DNA of 56,948 bases, counting the filler, from Sphacelaria rigidula (taxonomy: Eukaryota), in NCBI GenBank assembly GCA_964200075.2. It is 8 parts of 8 records of this genome, joined end to end, with 100 filler letters (N's around TTAATTAATTAA, not from the genome) between each part and the next. Parts side by side here need not be neighbours in the genome. Positions count along the whole stretch, not along the records: positions 35,656 to 42,686 come from CAXNAA020016860.1; positions 42,787 to 49,817 come from CAXNAA020016861.1; positions 49,918 to 56,948 come from CAXNAA020016862.1; 5 more parts are not named here. One strand, 5' to 3'. Position 1 is the stretch's first letter, and the number at the start of each line of letters is the position of its first letter. Of this stretch, positions 37,916 through 50,094 are shown in pieces. Under the pieces are notes generated by a model, which worked only from the letters and a program-made list of their open reading frames with translations, was not told where the DNA came from and made no database searches. Both the position numbers and the translations under genes were made by a program.

Positions 37916-38015
37916 CCCTTTGACCGCGAGGGTAGGTCACCTGCTGAATCGGCATCAATTTCACTTGAAAAAGTATGCGTTATCCAGATTGACTACCCGC
38001 ATCGCGGTCGAAGGG
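37916..38015 (-). mobile_element. 100-bp piggyBac-type MITE, copy 2, inverted relative to copy 1
   Basis: TTAA|CCCTTTGACCGCG...CGCGGTCGAAGGG|TTGA. Reverse complement is about 90% identical to copy 1 by eye. Confidence 0.85.
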
Positions 38016-38154
38016 TTGAATACCCCTATGGTAAGAGTTTAGGGTTAGGGTTTGTTTTACGGCTAGGGTTAGGAGCACGGTCCTGGCCCGAGCGGTCTTA
38101 AAAAACGTCGATCCCGGGGTGTCTTGAACTCCGATGCGGTCCAAAAAACACGCG

Positions 38155-38356
38155 GTGTGCGTGTGTTGTGTGTTGTCGTCCCATCGATTCTGGACGCCGG
38201 TCTACACCTGTCGGTATATATGTGGGCGCACCAGCCGGGGTCACAGGAGGGAAATCAAAACGGGAGTTCTGTTTATTTGTTTGTTTGTTTGTTTTTAACC
38301 CCACCTTCCTTCTGCGGTGCTTGCCTCTATTTTTTATCGCAAGAGGGGTTCAACAC
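38155..38356 (-). mobile_element. 5'-truncated copy of the tRNA-derived SINE
   Basis: Reverse complement matches the SINE 3' half (tgaccccggctg...gtagaccggcgtccagaat.gatgggacgacaacacac). Confidence 0.85.
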
Positions 38357-39711
38357 TACTACTACTCGGTCCGCTCAGGAATTACAATCGTGTACACGGC
38401 ATATTGACGTACAGCCGCTTCCTGCCGGAGTTTTCTGCGTTTTAGGCCCCATCGTCGGATGTATGACTGCAGCCTCATTCACTTGTACTGGCGCTAGCTT
38501 AGCAAAACGTGACCACTAGTATAGGTACAAACAATACTTCGTAGACCATTCCTTACATAATCCTGCGTGTAGTATGTGATCGCCGCAGCACAATAACCTA
38601 ATTTCTTCATCGCGATATATATATTTATACATAGGATGGTTGAATCGTTGTTGTATCGACATTCATATTTTCATTGAATATTTAATAGATCATTTTCCTC
38701 GGTGCGCGAGTGGTAAAAGCGGATAAAGCGCACAAACACTAACTACGGATGCTGTGCGCCATTTATTGAGATGTACTTCGAACTATATCTTATGTACACA
38801 TCGCAAGCGAAGAACACGCGACGGGGTCGATGGCGTCAAACAATGTGGAACGGCCGTGATTCATTCATTGTAGCTAGGAACAACTGCACCCATCGTATTG
38901 TTATTATTGCCACAAGAGGCCGTTCTTTCTTCCTTGTTCCCGCGTAACGATAAACATCGAGGTCACGCGACATCCTTCAAGCAATACCAGCCATTCCTTG
39001 CCCTAGCGGACGCCTGGATGCATAGTGTAGCAATCACTCTGCCTTTCAAGGCCAAAGCGGTTAACGCCTCCATACAGACTGTACACTCCACCCTCGTAAC
39101 TATACATAGACGGACACATCCAGGGGACTCCGGGTGCCCTCTTCTACTCAAATCAATGTTCGGGAGATGTACTGGTAGTTGTTTACGCGCACGTACTGGG
39201 GGTGAACACCTTCCACAAAGACCTTGACCCGGATGAAATGTAAGGACCACCACTATTTATGAAGAAGTGAGCCAGATTCTCCGCGAAGCAATTAGTAGAC
39301 AATATATCCAAGTTGGCTGGCTTGTTTGTGTTTCTGTAGTCTCAGACGGTGACCGAACTACATTAGTTTCTGTAATTTCTCTCAGAGATAAATCGTTGTG
39401 GTGGTGGTGCGTCGTACGGACTCACTGTCTACCCTCGATGTCGTCGGAACAATCAAAGGCTCAGAGAGCGGACACTGGAATTACCCAGCCTTGTGATGAT
39501 CCAACGCTATCGTTGTCACACAAAGCAACCGTCACCCTACCGTTTATCATCAGAGGCTAATAAAACGCCTCCATCAGAGGTATTCACTTCGCACGACCGA
39601 TAGGTGATCGTTGTCCCTCTTTTTCCTCCCAAAACAAACAAACAATGGTTCATTCCCTTCTTTTTTGTGCCCGCCTGCCCATCACTCCTTTCCCCGCCAC
39701 GAAAACATCAG

Positions 39712-41124
39712 GAACATGCACCCCAGAGAGAACGCTATGCCTCTCCCCATCATCACCGTTGGCGCCCACGACGACACTACCAACAACGCCACCGCTGCCG
39801 CCCATCGTCGCAGGGACGACCCCGCGTTCACCCCGTCGCCTCCGTCGTCCGACCACGCCGCCGATCACCGAACCCCGGAGCCGCTCGCCGGCAACACCCT
39901 GAAGGACGACCCTGCAGGTTCCGTGTCAAGCGGGAGTGGCGGTGGCGGTTCTGCCGCCGGGGGAACGGGCGGTGGTGGTGCAGGTACTAACGGTCGCGTC
40001 GCCTTTGTAAATTCTGACGAAGGTTCAGCAGCAGGTTTTGCACCGAGCAACAGCGGCGGGGACACTGGTGACTCTGGGATTGACAACGGAGGTGAGGCAA
40101 GCAAAGAACCTCCCACCAAGGCCCGCCTCGGTCCTGAAGGCAGGAATGGCACCGGGGCCGGCGCCGTCGGTGAAGCGACGCCGATCGCGTCTTCGAGAAT
40201 AGAGGTCTGTGACGATGAGAGCGACGACTCGCTACCCACGCCTTCACCCAGTACCAGTACCATCATCGGGGACTGTGTAGGTAGCGACACCGGCTATGGC
40301 CAGCAAAAAACACACACCCCACCGGCGAAAGGCCTAGCCGGTCACCACGGCGGCAGCAACGGCGATGCAGGTCGCGACTTAGACAGCACAGCACCACCGT
40401 CGGGAACCTCGGAGATACCGACACGCGTGCTCAGGAAGGGCAACGAGGAGGACGATGAATTCGGCAACCTTCCCATTGACGCTGGCGGGGGCAACTCCGT
40501 CGGTACAGGAACGGGTGGTGGCGAGGAAGGCAGCAAACGGTCCTACAACGAAGTGGCGGCGTCCTATGTCGACGTGTTGGCAGCCGACCAGGTGAGGGGA
40601 AATTCGGCGAGAGACGGCGACGATCCTGCGACAAGGCCTCCCGCCGGCGGAAACGAAGGCGGCTCGCCTGCCGGCGGCAAAGGCCAAACGGACGGCAAGC
40701 CGCCCACGGGCGGAAAGCCGGCCACCAACGCCGCTGGTAACTCAGCGGTGGAAGGGGAAGGGAGAGGGCGCATTGGCGGAAGAGAAGACTTGACAGCGAT
40801 TGGTGGCGATGGCGATGATGTGGCGCCGCCGCCGTCGTTGTCTTCAGACGCCGCCGACCAGGACGAATCGGCGTGTGGCCCCTTCACCCGCAAGCTCCCG
40901 GACGGTGGCGATTCCGCGGGCGGAGTGTCCAGTGGGGGCGGCGGTGGCACGGGTACCAATTGCTACCTGTCGGGCAGCTACGGCGATGAGGCGCCAGCTG
41001 CCACCGCTGCGGCATGCACCGCGTGGGTGCTGACTGCGCTGCACGTTGCGTTGTTGCAAGGTGTGGCGTTACGGACGACTAGGGTTATGCCAGAGACCGG
41101 TGAGAGACCGACGGCGCTGTTTGG
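39712..41124 (+). CDS. Probable large internal exon of a Gly/Asp/Ser/Pro-rich, likely disordered protein of unknown function
   Basis: The 505-codon open frame (39611-41128) is far longer than background and GC-rich. A pyrimidine tract and catcag acceptor end at 39711, and there is a strong donor GG|GTGAGT at 41124/41125. No recognisable domain. Confidence 0.65.
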
Positions 41125-42628
41125 GTGAGTCGTGGCTGCTCCTCTGCTACGACGTAGCATACGATGATGGGTCCATGAGGGATTTCATGTTCATTCAGCT
41201 GCTGTGTGCAATAGTATTTAGTTTTGAGAGAAGGGGAAATGAGGTATTTTTCCTACCTACGAAGATGTATGTACGGGGAATGTGTGCTCGTCTCCCCCGT
41301 CGCGATATCTGGCATTGCTTATCGCATGTGTGTTCCCTGGTCGTGTGTTAACAGAGATTATATAGAGTCATGGACGGAATGGTTTTCTGTGTGAGGAAAA
41401 AATCAAATGATTCCACACATTCACTTTTCGCCAAGAAACTTGGTACTTCTGTGAGTATGTGTGTGTGTGTCGTTCCATGACTGCGCGTGTGTGTTTAGAG
41501 ACGAGTGTCGTATCCTGTTGCATGCAAGAACCGTTATCCGAGCCAGACCAAAATTCTCGTGTAGTTGAAGAGAACCATTCAAGAAGACAGGTGCGTGCGT
41601 GCAGGAGGAGTGGATTATTAGATTATTATTAGTCTGAGAGTGTGTTTGTTCTCATGTGCTCTTGTTTTTTCTAATATGTTTCTAATAGTTTTCAGTTAAC
41701 GATGTTTCTGTATGTTGCATTTCGTGTGTGTTGATGAAGGCTAGATAATATTTGTTCTCGTCGTGCAAGAAGAGCTCGACGGAGAATAGTGCAGGAGTGT
41801 GTAGTTGTATCTCAATAGTGCTGCGTGTGTGTACCATACTGTGTCAGCGCGAGTGATTGAGACTTTCTTCTCCTTCGAAACTTCCCCTTTTTGTTTGTTC
41901 TGTAGGGTCGGCGAGATTCTCAGTCGAGGGGTCTCGACCTGTTTTAGACCATTTTTCTGTTGACAGTGCTCTATGTAGTATACCACTACCCGGACAACTG
42001 ACGCTGCGGCGACTTGCTAGATGAATTAACAAATAGCTTGTAAAAATTAACGGCGCGCAGCGTGGAGGTTGATACTACCACCCGAACAGCATGCGAAGTC
42101 ATGTGGGACGGCTGTTGGCTGGGCTAGGCCTGGCCGTGCATTTGTGTGTGTGTGTTCGTGTGCGTGTGGGTGTGTACACCCGCGTCACCTGTTTGGAGGC
42201 GCAGCACATGAAAACCGTGAACTCGACACACGTGCACGCGTACATGTGTATTTGTGTTGACGCTCGCGCTATCTCTCCGGGGGCGCAGCACATGAAAATG
42301 GTGAACCGATTGCAAGCATAGCGTACGATCGTAATAAGATAGTTTTGTGCCGATGAAAGGCATAAGATGGCGAGTGGAAGGGTGAGAATATTGTTTTTTA
42401 GCGCGAATAAGTGGGGTACGGGTGTGGGTGTTCTGTAGCACGGACATGCACTATCATCATGGATGGGTGTATTCCCGTCTCATAAGCAAGTTGTTAGCTA
42501 TATACGTATACGTTCGTGCATATTCATCATATGTTGGGTGTCTGCGTGTGCTCGCGAGCACACGCCAATGTCGTATATAACACGAAAGAGCTGAGCCGTC
42601 TGCGGTGGATTGTTTCTGTTGCCTGGCT

Positions 42629-42667
<39 letters not shown>

Positions 42668-44155
42668 CCCCCCCACTCCCCCCCCCNNNNNNNNNNNNNN
42701 NNNNNNNNNNNNNNNNNNNNNNNNNNNNNNTTAATTAATTAANNNNNNNNNNNNNNNNNNNNNNNNNNNNNNNNNNNNNNNNNNNNCTGAAGAGTGGTTC
42801 GGCAGACCCGCAATCGCATCACCCTATAGCCTTCTATTCAGGGTCATCATCCACCCTGTAACAGTACGATTGAGAGTGAAAATCGATCGACCGATGAACG
42901 GCATAATTTCGGTTCCGAAATGATCCTTCGGGGCTTGTACGAGGACCGAAACGCTTTTTGTAGTAGGTTGCCATGATGCCTTTGATACCCCTGAGGGGGA
43001 CAGGGACGTGAAGCTGCAAGCCCATAACAGTGTTTCAGGGAAAGAAAAGCTCACACAAAATGAAAAATTGGTCAAGTTAGAGTAAAAATGAAAAAGTCAT
43101 TCCCCATCAACACTAGACTCTCAACCTCACGAAAATATTGTTGTAAGGCCCATTATTATCGGCACCATTTTTTTTCAGAGATCTCAGGAATTGTCAGAGT
43201 TTTCGGACTCTGCGTTCACACTTCTCCGAAAATGAAGCGGCTTGATTTATTTTTCCGAAGCTTCATTTTGGAGAAGTCCGAAAAAGTCCGACTTCAACGC
43301 AGCACTTTGGAGAGCTGCCCTGTGAATACGCCGTGGTGCTCGCAAGCATTCGAGACTAATCAGGTACCTTGCCAGTCCCGACAATTTCGGAGATGTCCGA
43401 AAAAAAAGTGTCGATAAAAATGGGCCGAAGAGCTATGCTACGATAGAGGGGGGGAATTTTGGGCCGCTTTCCTCCGCGAAATTCCACTTCAGCCGCGGTT
43501 GAAAGCAGTCAACAGTCATTCGAACGCGCTCGCTGATGATGAATAAATCCCACTCATGCTGCTTTACACTGCTTGAATCCAAATACAAGCGCTCCGCGAG
43601 TGTTTTAGGTCGTTTGGCGCACCAATGAGCACATTTTTTCGTGGAATCGACCCCCCCCACCCCCCGCCCCTATCGCAGCATGGCTCCTAAGTCGTTCTTT
43701 GGATGAGATAGAGGGCACGTGACATGTCGAACTTAAGAAAATTTCTGTGCACCCCTATCTATACCGTTGCATCACTCTTCTCCCGCACTCATACATGCAA
43801 CAATCAGCGTTGCCCGCCAGTAGGTAAGACGTTACAATCAGGTGCACGCCGTTGTTGCTGGGATGGCGCGTGAAGCGTGCATGCTTGCGGGATCGCCGCG
43901 CAACGTACAACGCACAGTAACGTTCTGCCAACTCATTGTATCGTCCGCGAGACCGTAAGCTGTACGAATCAGAAGGGTGGTGCCGCCGAAATGGCGCCGG
44001 TTTTTGCTCCGAAGAATAGGCGGTCACATCGACTGTCCGGTGTGGTGCAGGCGGGATTTCGGTGAGAAACATGGCAAGGAGAAAGAGAGGGGAAACATCA
44101 TCCGGTGTTGTCTCTTCAACGTTCAGCACGTTGAATGTTCAGTCATCAAACTTGA

Positions 44156-44543
44156 TGGTGGAGCTTTTCATTGAGGATGATAACCCGGAAAGCTGAAATC
44201 TCCGTATCCACACCAATCCTTCAAAATACTATTGTATCCCTTTATTACTGGTGTCTATCGAAAAATACTGCACGCCATACAATTCTGGATCCAATAACCG
44301 AAATGTTGGTTTCCCAGGTGAAAAACAAACCTGGGTAACGTAGGTGATCCGTTTTGATCACCTACATTCTCCAACATCTTTTTCACCTAGGACCCCAAAA
44401 TTTCGGCCAAATTCGTTTAATGTGCAGTAACCATCAATGGCTGCCAATATGTCAACGAATGCAATAATATTTTGAAAAATTGGTGTGGATGAGATTTTTT
44501 TTTTAACTTTCCGGGTAATCATCCTCATCGAAAAGCTCCATCC
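44156..44543. mobile_element. ~390-bp foldback MITE with TTGA/TTAA flanks
   Basis: ~80-bp TIRs (tggagcttttc..tgaggatgat.acccggaaag...atccacaccaat..ttcaaaata.tattg). An inner inverted pair at 44298-44326 and 44378-44406, and a central hairpin gtaggtgatc-cgtttt-gatcacctac. Confidence 0.8.
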
Positions 44544-45099
44544 TTAATTGTGATGATCGGCTGTTCTCGGTGTCACCGACGATTCCAGGCGGTTCTCCCG
44601 CTTTGCAGGACTCGATGGACACCGCAAAATGACTGGAGTCGATGCGCGTGCGGGGGCCGGGTCGCACTGTTTTCCGAGTGAAAATCTTTGGCTTGCTCCT
44701 GATTTATGTTTCCTGAATCGTTTGGTTAATATCAATATTTGTCTTGACGTACAACCCGCGATTCGCCCAAGGGCGTCGCCGGACTACTCGCCGGTTAATG
44801 AGCACCCGAGGGCGCGTCACACCAAGCACAACACACGTCCCCTATTAATGCAAGGCACGGGCAATGAGTACCTACTGGACGAGACAACCGCCTGGGTTAT
44901 ATATATACCTTTGCAACTTTTCTACACGATGTGTGTCTTCAACTTTCTCTACAGGTTCAATCTAAACGCCATTTTATCGCCATCGTCTTTGCCTGATTTC
45001 GATGCCGAATTGTCTCTCTTCGACTCGCTGCACTCGGAATCTGAATCTCCATTTCAGATCCCCGCTAAAAACTTCGATCCGCCCTCTGTGGGTGCATCT

Positions 45100-46500
45100 C
45101 ACGCAGTCTTTTCAACCCCGCTTATCTTCTCAACCTTGGCGCGGACTGTGCCATCCGCCGCCACCACATCGAAAATTCCCACCGCTTGCTTCCTGGTCCG
45201 CTTTTCGAGAACAGCCCGGGCATTTGCTGCGGTTCTGGCTTCTGTCAGCCACGAATGAACAGTCTCCAGCCTCACGATGCGCCCCGCCTCAAGACGCGCA
45301 ATCACTTTGTGAGGTGCTTCTGCAACGAACTCCGGCTCGGTAGGGGGGGGGGTTGAACCAATAGTCGCGGGTGTGGAGCAAGGCGGACGGACGGACTTTG
45401 CCTTCCGTTTATCACTCGTAACCCTGTGTCGCTCAAGGGAGTGCAACACACAATCATGCCGGTTGCATAAACAATCTAAACTCAATTGATAATTGCGCAG
45501 AAGCGCAGCCGGGCGCACATCACCGCCATCCGCATTCGACCGCAGAAAAAGCCTAGCCTGTAGTAATCGTGCCGCGCCTAGATGATACCAGATATTTTTG
45601 CCTTCGCCGGGACCTGCTCGATGGCATGCGAAGCACAGCCGTGGTACCGGATCATATATGCGACCGCAAGTAAAGCAATTCTTGCATGCGCCGTCGACGA
45701 GGGGGATCTGGACCGTATCCCCGCTTCGATCTTCCACGCCCCCTTGTACCACTAACCGGGCAACACCTAGCCGGCGCGGAATGCTCCTTCCTGCAGCTAG
45801 CACGATTTCCGGGGGGACCATGAAAACTGCTGCGACGCGGTGGCATCCTCTCTCTTGCATCGCGCGCGCGATATTCACCACGATTAGCGTCGGGTTGTGG
45901 TGACCGGCGCTCGGGATGCCTCATCACCTCGCTGGCAGCCCATTCACTCGCGCCGGCGCTACCTGCTGTTATTCCAAACTCGCCGAAAATGAGGTGTCGA
46001 CACCTTCAACAGTACCTGGGTCGACCCCAGGGGTGGCAGCATGTGTAGCCTTCTGACTTTTCCGCTTCGATTTTGACGCCGACGCGCCCGAAGGTGTTGG
46101 TTCCGAGGAGCACGATGAGCCTGATCGATTGTTACGTTGTCCCGATGGCGTGGAATTTTCTCCGGGTGACCCTCGAGCAAGACCTCATCCTGCGTTGTCG
46201 GGGAATGCTGATGTGGGTGTTTTCCCGGGAGAGTGCCGTACCACCAGCTGATATTCCTTCAACCCGTTTCTCTGCTGCAATGCAGCCTTCTGTTGTTCGT
46301 GTCATGCTCCCCATGCGCTATCAACCTCCGGGTGGTTCGTCGCGATCTTCTTTAGTCTCGATGTACGTTTGTGAGCATGCGGGGGTGTGTCTCTGTCAGA
46401 CTTGGGGCGGGGTACGTCTTTTCTTCGCCTTGAAAGACGGGAGTTAGATTGTGTACCTCGACGAGTCTACCGCCGGCAGTTCTCCCACTTTCACGGGAGA
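45100..46500 (-). pseudogene. Probable decayed Mutator-like (MULE) transposase with a SWIM-like zinc finger
   Basis: Across frameshifts, in the expected order: HDTNNR...ETG*RNISWWY (cf. DxNN...E...SWxW), RMRSCSRVTRRKF (cf. HRxCxRHxxxNF), CFTCGRIY...YHGCASHAI (cf. SWIM CxC...CxH). Motif matches are weak. Confidence 0.4.
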
Positions 46501-48949
46501 TGTTACCTACGTCGTTGAGCGGTACTACCTGCGGATTCCACGACGATATGCCCCGTGTGCTGTTTTCCGACGCCGAAGCAATCGAGATTTCACAATCACG
46601 CCTTCCCCGCCCGATTGACATTCAAGCTTGTTACGCTCTGAGCTCCGATGGTTCTTCACTCCTCCGCTGACCCCTGGTGTTCTACAGATGCGCCATCAGC
46701 GGACGCGATTGACGCCTCTCAGAACAGTGCAGTCTCCCTCTCTTTTCCGTATGATGGGGGGCTAGCCACTTTTGCGCTGCACCCACTTCGCGGGTGTGAC
46801 CCCCGGCGATCTCCCTCAGATTTTCCACCGGCGCTGTACGTTCGTACCTTGAGGTACGATGGTAGGGTAAGAGGCGTTTCATATTGTTGCAACCGCAGCA
46901 GAAGACAGTCTAGTGACAGCGCAGGGCGTGCCTGCCCGCGTCAGCTGCTTAAGCAGCGTCGCACGGGGTTTGACGGGGTTGATAATAAGTATTGGCGCCG
47001 TACCCCGCGGCGATAGTAATATTTTATGCTGCACTGCGCTGCCATATATATCACCATAACGAGCGGGACTGTACTCTCCTAGTCTGTTGTCGCTGTACTT
47101 ACAGGGTGAAGTATGGCACTGCACTATTGAACTCTCCTCGCACACTGTGCACTGTTCTCGCAATATCGACTGTGCCATCATGTGTTACCTCGCGGCATTA
47201 TCATGTACTGTAATGATGGAGTGTCCTGCACTGTATTACCCTAGGGCATTACGGTACGACTCTGTACTCGAAGGATTATTCGCCGCCTGCCTGCTCTTCG
47301 GCTTCACGAGTACGCGATACCACACTCATGCAAAAAATAACTGTGTACAGAACTGTTTCACAAATCTGTGAGAGGATAAAACGGTCCCCACGGATCTGAG
47401 TTTCGCAAATATGAATCCCACCGATTTTGAAGAAATTGGGGTCTCCACAGAATCGAGATTCGTTTCCATAAAAGTCGGTGTAACAGGGATCACGATCTGA
47501 ATTTCGAATGGCTCGGGGAGCTGCAAGAATTCTGATTGGTTTGTTCGTAACCCGTGACCAACCGTGGCCTACCAGCGATCAAAGAGCCTGCTCAAGGATG
47601 GTAGTCAGGGAACACAATAACCAACGTCGGGTCGACTCTTATAAGGCAGCTGGTTTGGATGTCAACCGTTGCGGTGGATGAATTTTCCCAATCTTATGGA
47701 AGGGTGATCCACTGGAACCGTGAAACGGATATGCGACAGAAGTCAGAGGGTTCATAACTACACCGTTTTCAGCCACAAGAGGGTATAAGAAAAACAGGTT
47801 TGCGCAACATGCCCGCGCGTGCTTCAACCGGCCTCGAATTCGATTCTAACGCGCTGGTGTTACGCCCACAGTCAATGCAGAGCATGGACACCAACTGTTT
47901 GTCAGTTTCGGGGACGTTCCGGGGCTAACAGTGTCGCGAGGCTGGAGCATTTCAACGGATATTCTCTTTTGCCCACAATTTGAGGGAGAGGTATGCCGCC
48001 GCATGTCTACTTAGTTTATGCTCTACAACCCCCTTGCGGCTCAGGTTACCCTCCTTTGACCGAAATTATGCTCCCCCTTTTGACCACTTCGGAACGCTCG
48101 CAAAGTCGGTAGAAGCGTCACCTCTGAAGAACCGAGAACCAGTCATGTCACTTCTGAACCGCTCGACCAGAAACCATGTAGGTTGCACTCAGTAAAACCC
48201 ATGCCACAACACATTGAAACGCGCCGAAGAACCAAATATCCAAAGAAGGGACAGCTGGCGTGAAAAAGATGCATGAAAACGCACCGCACAATTCAATATC
48301 CAAGCGTAACACAGCTGGCGTGTAAAGATAAGTTCAGCGCGCGTCAAAACCAAACGTCGGCTAAGTGATCAAGGGTAACTGCAGATCGCCCGCCGAAAGG
48401 GTCGGCCTCATGGGACATCACCAGAGAGCCATCGCACAGAACATACAGTCTCGCCACCTGCTAGCAGAAGGTTTTGCGAATGATGCAGTGCCCCCTCACG
48501 ACTTCACACCGCCAGACTTTCCCCCCTGTGCGGTGGCTGCGTATGTAGCAGCCGCGTGTGCAGCGGTCACGTGTTTGTGTGTTTGTGTGTTTGTGTGTGT
48601 GTGTGTTGGATTACGTAGTCCACGGCAAGCACCCTGTCAATGGTTACGTTGCGTACCGCTACAGTCATGCACTCGTCATACATGGCTAAAGGGTCTGGGT
48701 GGGCAACCAAAACAGAGCCTCTGTTCACTTCCGAAGCATTTCGCTGCCGGTGCCAAACCCAATCGCGACATCGAGATCGAAGATTGAATTCGAGATTGAC
48801 TACGACTCTTTTTTGTCAAGACACGTGTTGTATGCCCCGTTGTTGTCGTCGTCTTCACATTAAAAATCGTTCCGATATCTGCGCGGTACATCCGTACTGG
48901 GCATCTGATGCGGAAGCCTTCCGTTGTGACAGGCTAGCTACCTAGAATG

Positions 48950-49735
48950 AGGTATGAAGAAATCAAACAAAAAACAAATATAGACACAGAAAAAAACCCC
49001 ACAGACGCGATGCAAGAAAAACAGGAATAACTGATGAAGAAGAGAATCAATATGGTTGAACTCAAAAGATCCGGTGCCGCAGGTGGCCGTTCGGACTTCG
49101 GGGGGCGGCGCTCGACTTTCCAACTCGACGCGCGAGGCCAAGTAGAAATGGATAGAGGGTCCGACTACGGACGGAACCCAAGGCCTGAAGACCATCAACC
49201 AAAAAACTAAGAATCACAAGGTTCTATCCTTAGACCTCCCAACGGACAGCCACACGTACAAGCATACGAAGCATATCAAGACGAGCATCGCATGACATAT
49301 TGACATCCCTCATCGGGGGAGTTCACCCCCTACTCCCACTTTTCTGGACCATCGTCACTGCTATGTTGACTTCGTTGGTGTCCCGTCCAACCGCACGCAG
49401 TCGGCTGGCCCCCTCTTTATTTCTGCGCCATGAGGTCATGAAACTCTCCGCTCCCTGCAGCGCTCCGGCGTGCCACGACATCTCCCCCTCCTGGTTCGCT
49501 GCTGAGGGCCAGAGGACGCGGTCAATCTCGAATGTCTGACCGCTGTCGTCCGTAGAGCCGTCTGTGGTTCCGAAAGCTTGGAGATCGTCCCTCTGGCACT
49601 TCAGCCAGTTTTGCTCCGGGTACCCTCGTCCTGGATCCTCCCCCTCCACTAGTGTTCCGAATGCCGTGCGCTTCGGTAGTCGTCCGTCCGGCTGTCCAGC
49701 CAGGGCTCCCGCGAAGAGCAGTCAACAGCCGATTT
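48950..49735 (-). mobile_element. 3' fragment of an RTE-like LINE
   Basis: RLLFAGALAGQPDGRLPKRTAFGT, then after a frameshift EGEDPGRGYPEQNWLKCQRDDLQAFG. This is the post-RT RLPK...G.R..GRP...W...DL pattern of RTE-type ORF2. A T-rich 3' region follows. Confidence 0.75.
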
Positions 49736-50094
49736 TCGAAAATGGGGTTGAAAAAATTAATGAGGTTTAACTCAAAAGTCGTGCTTTCCCTGGCCTAAAT
49801 TCATGACAAATGACTTTNNNNNNNNNNNNNNNNNNNNNNNNNNNNNNNNNNNNNNNNNNNNTTAATTAATTAANNNNNNNNNNNNNNNNNNNNNNNNNNN
49901 NNNNNNNNNNNNNNNNNCCCCGTTTGCAGATTTACTCGGGATGTCCCCAGCACATTGGAATAGTAACCCTGGCGTACTCTCGCATACTTTCACAAGTCGT
50001 GTTTTGGATAAGATAAGGGGCTCCTAACAATTCTAATCTCATACATTATTTCTGTATCCCTACCGTAGCATCACTCGGTCAGGTACATGCTCGT

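Noticed and set aside
38035..38075. Telomere-like TTAGGG repeats
   Set aside because: Only 2-3 imperfect units, internal to the contig.
48225..48345. Two-copy ~60-bp repeat (aatatccaa...acagctggcgtg); similar two-copy repeats at 8811-8900/9079-9165 and 42197-42310
   Set aside because: Real but only two degenerate copies each, with nothing further to support an interpretation.
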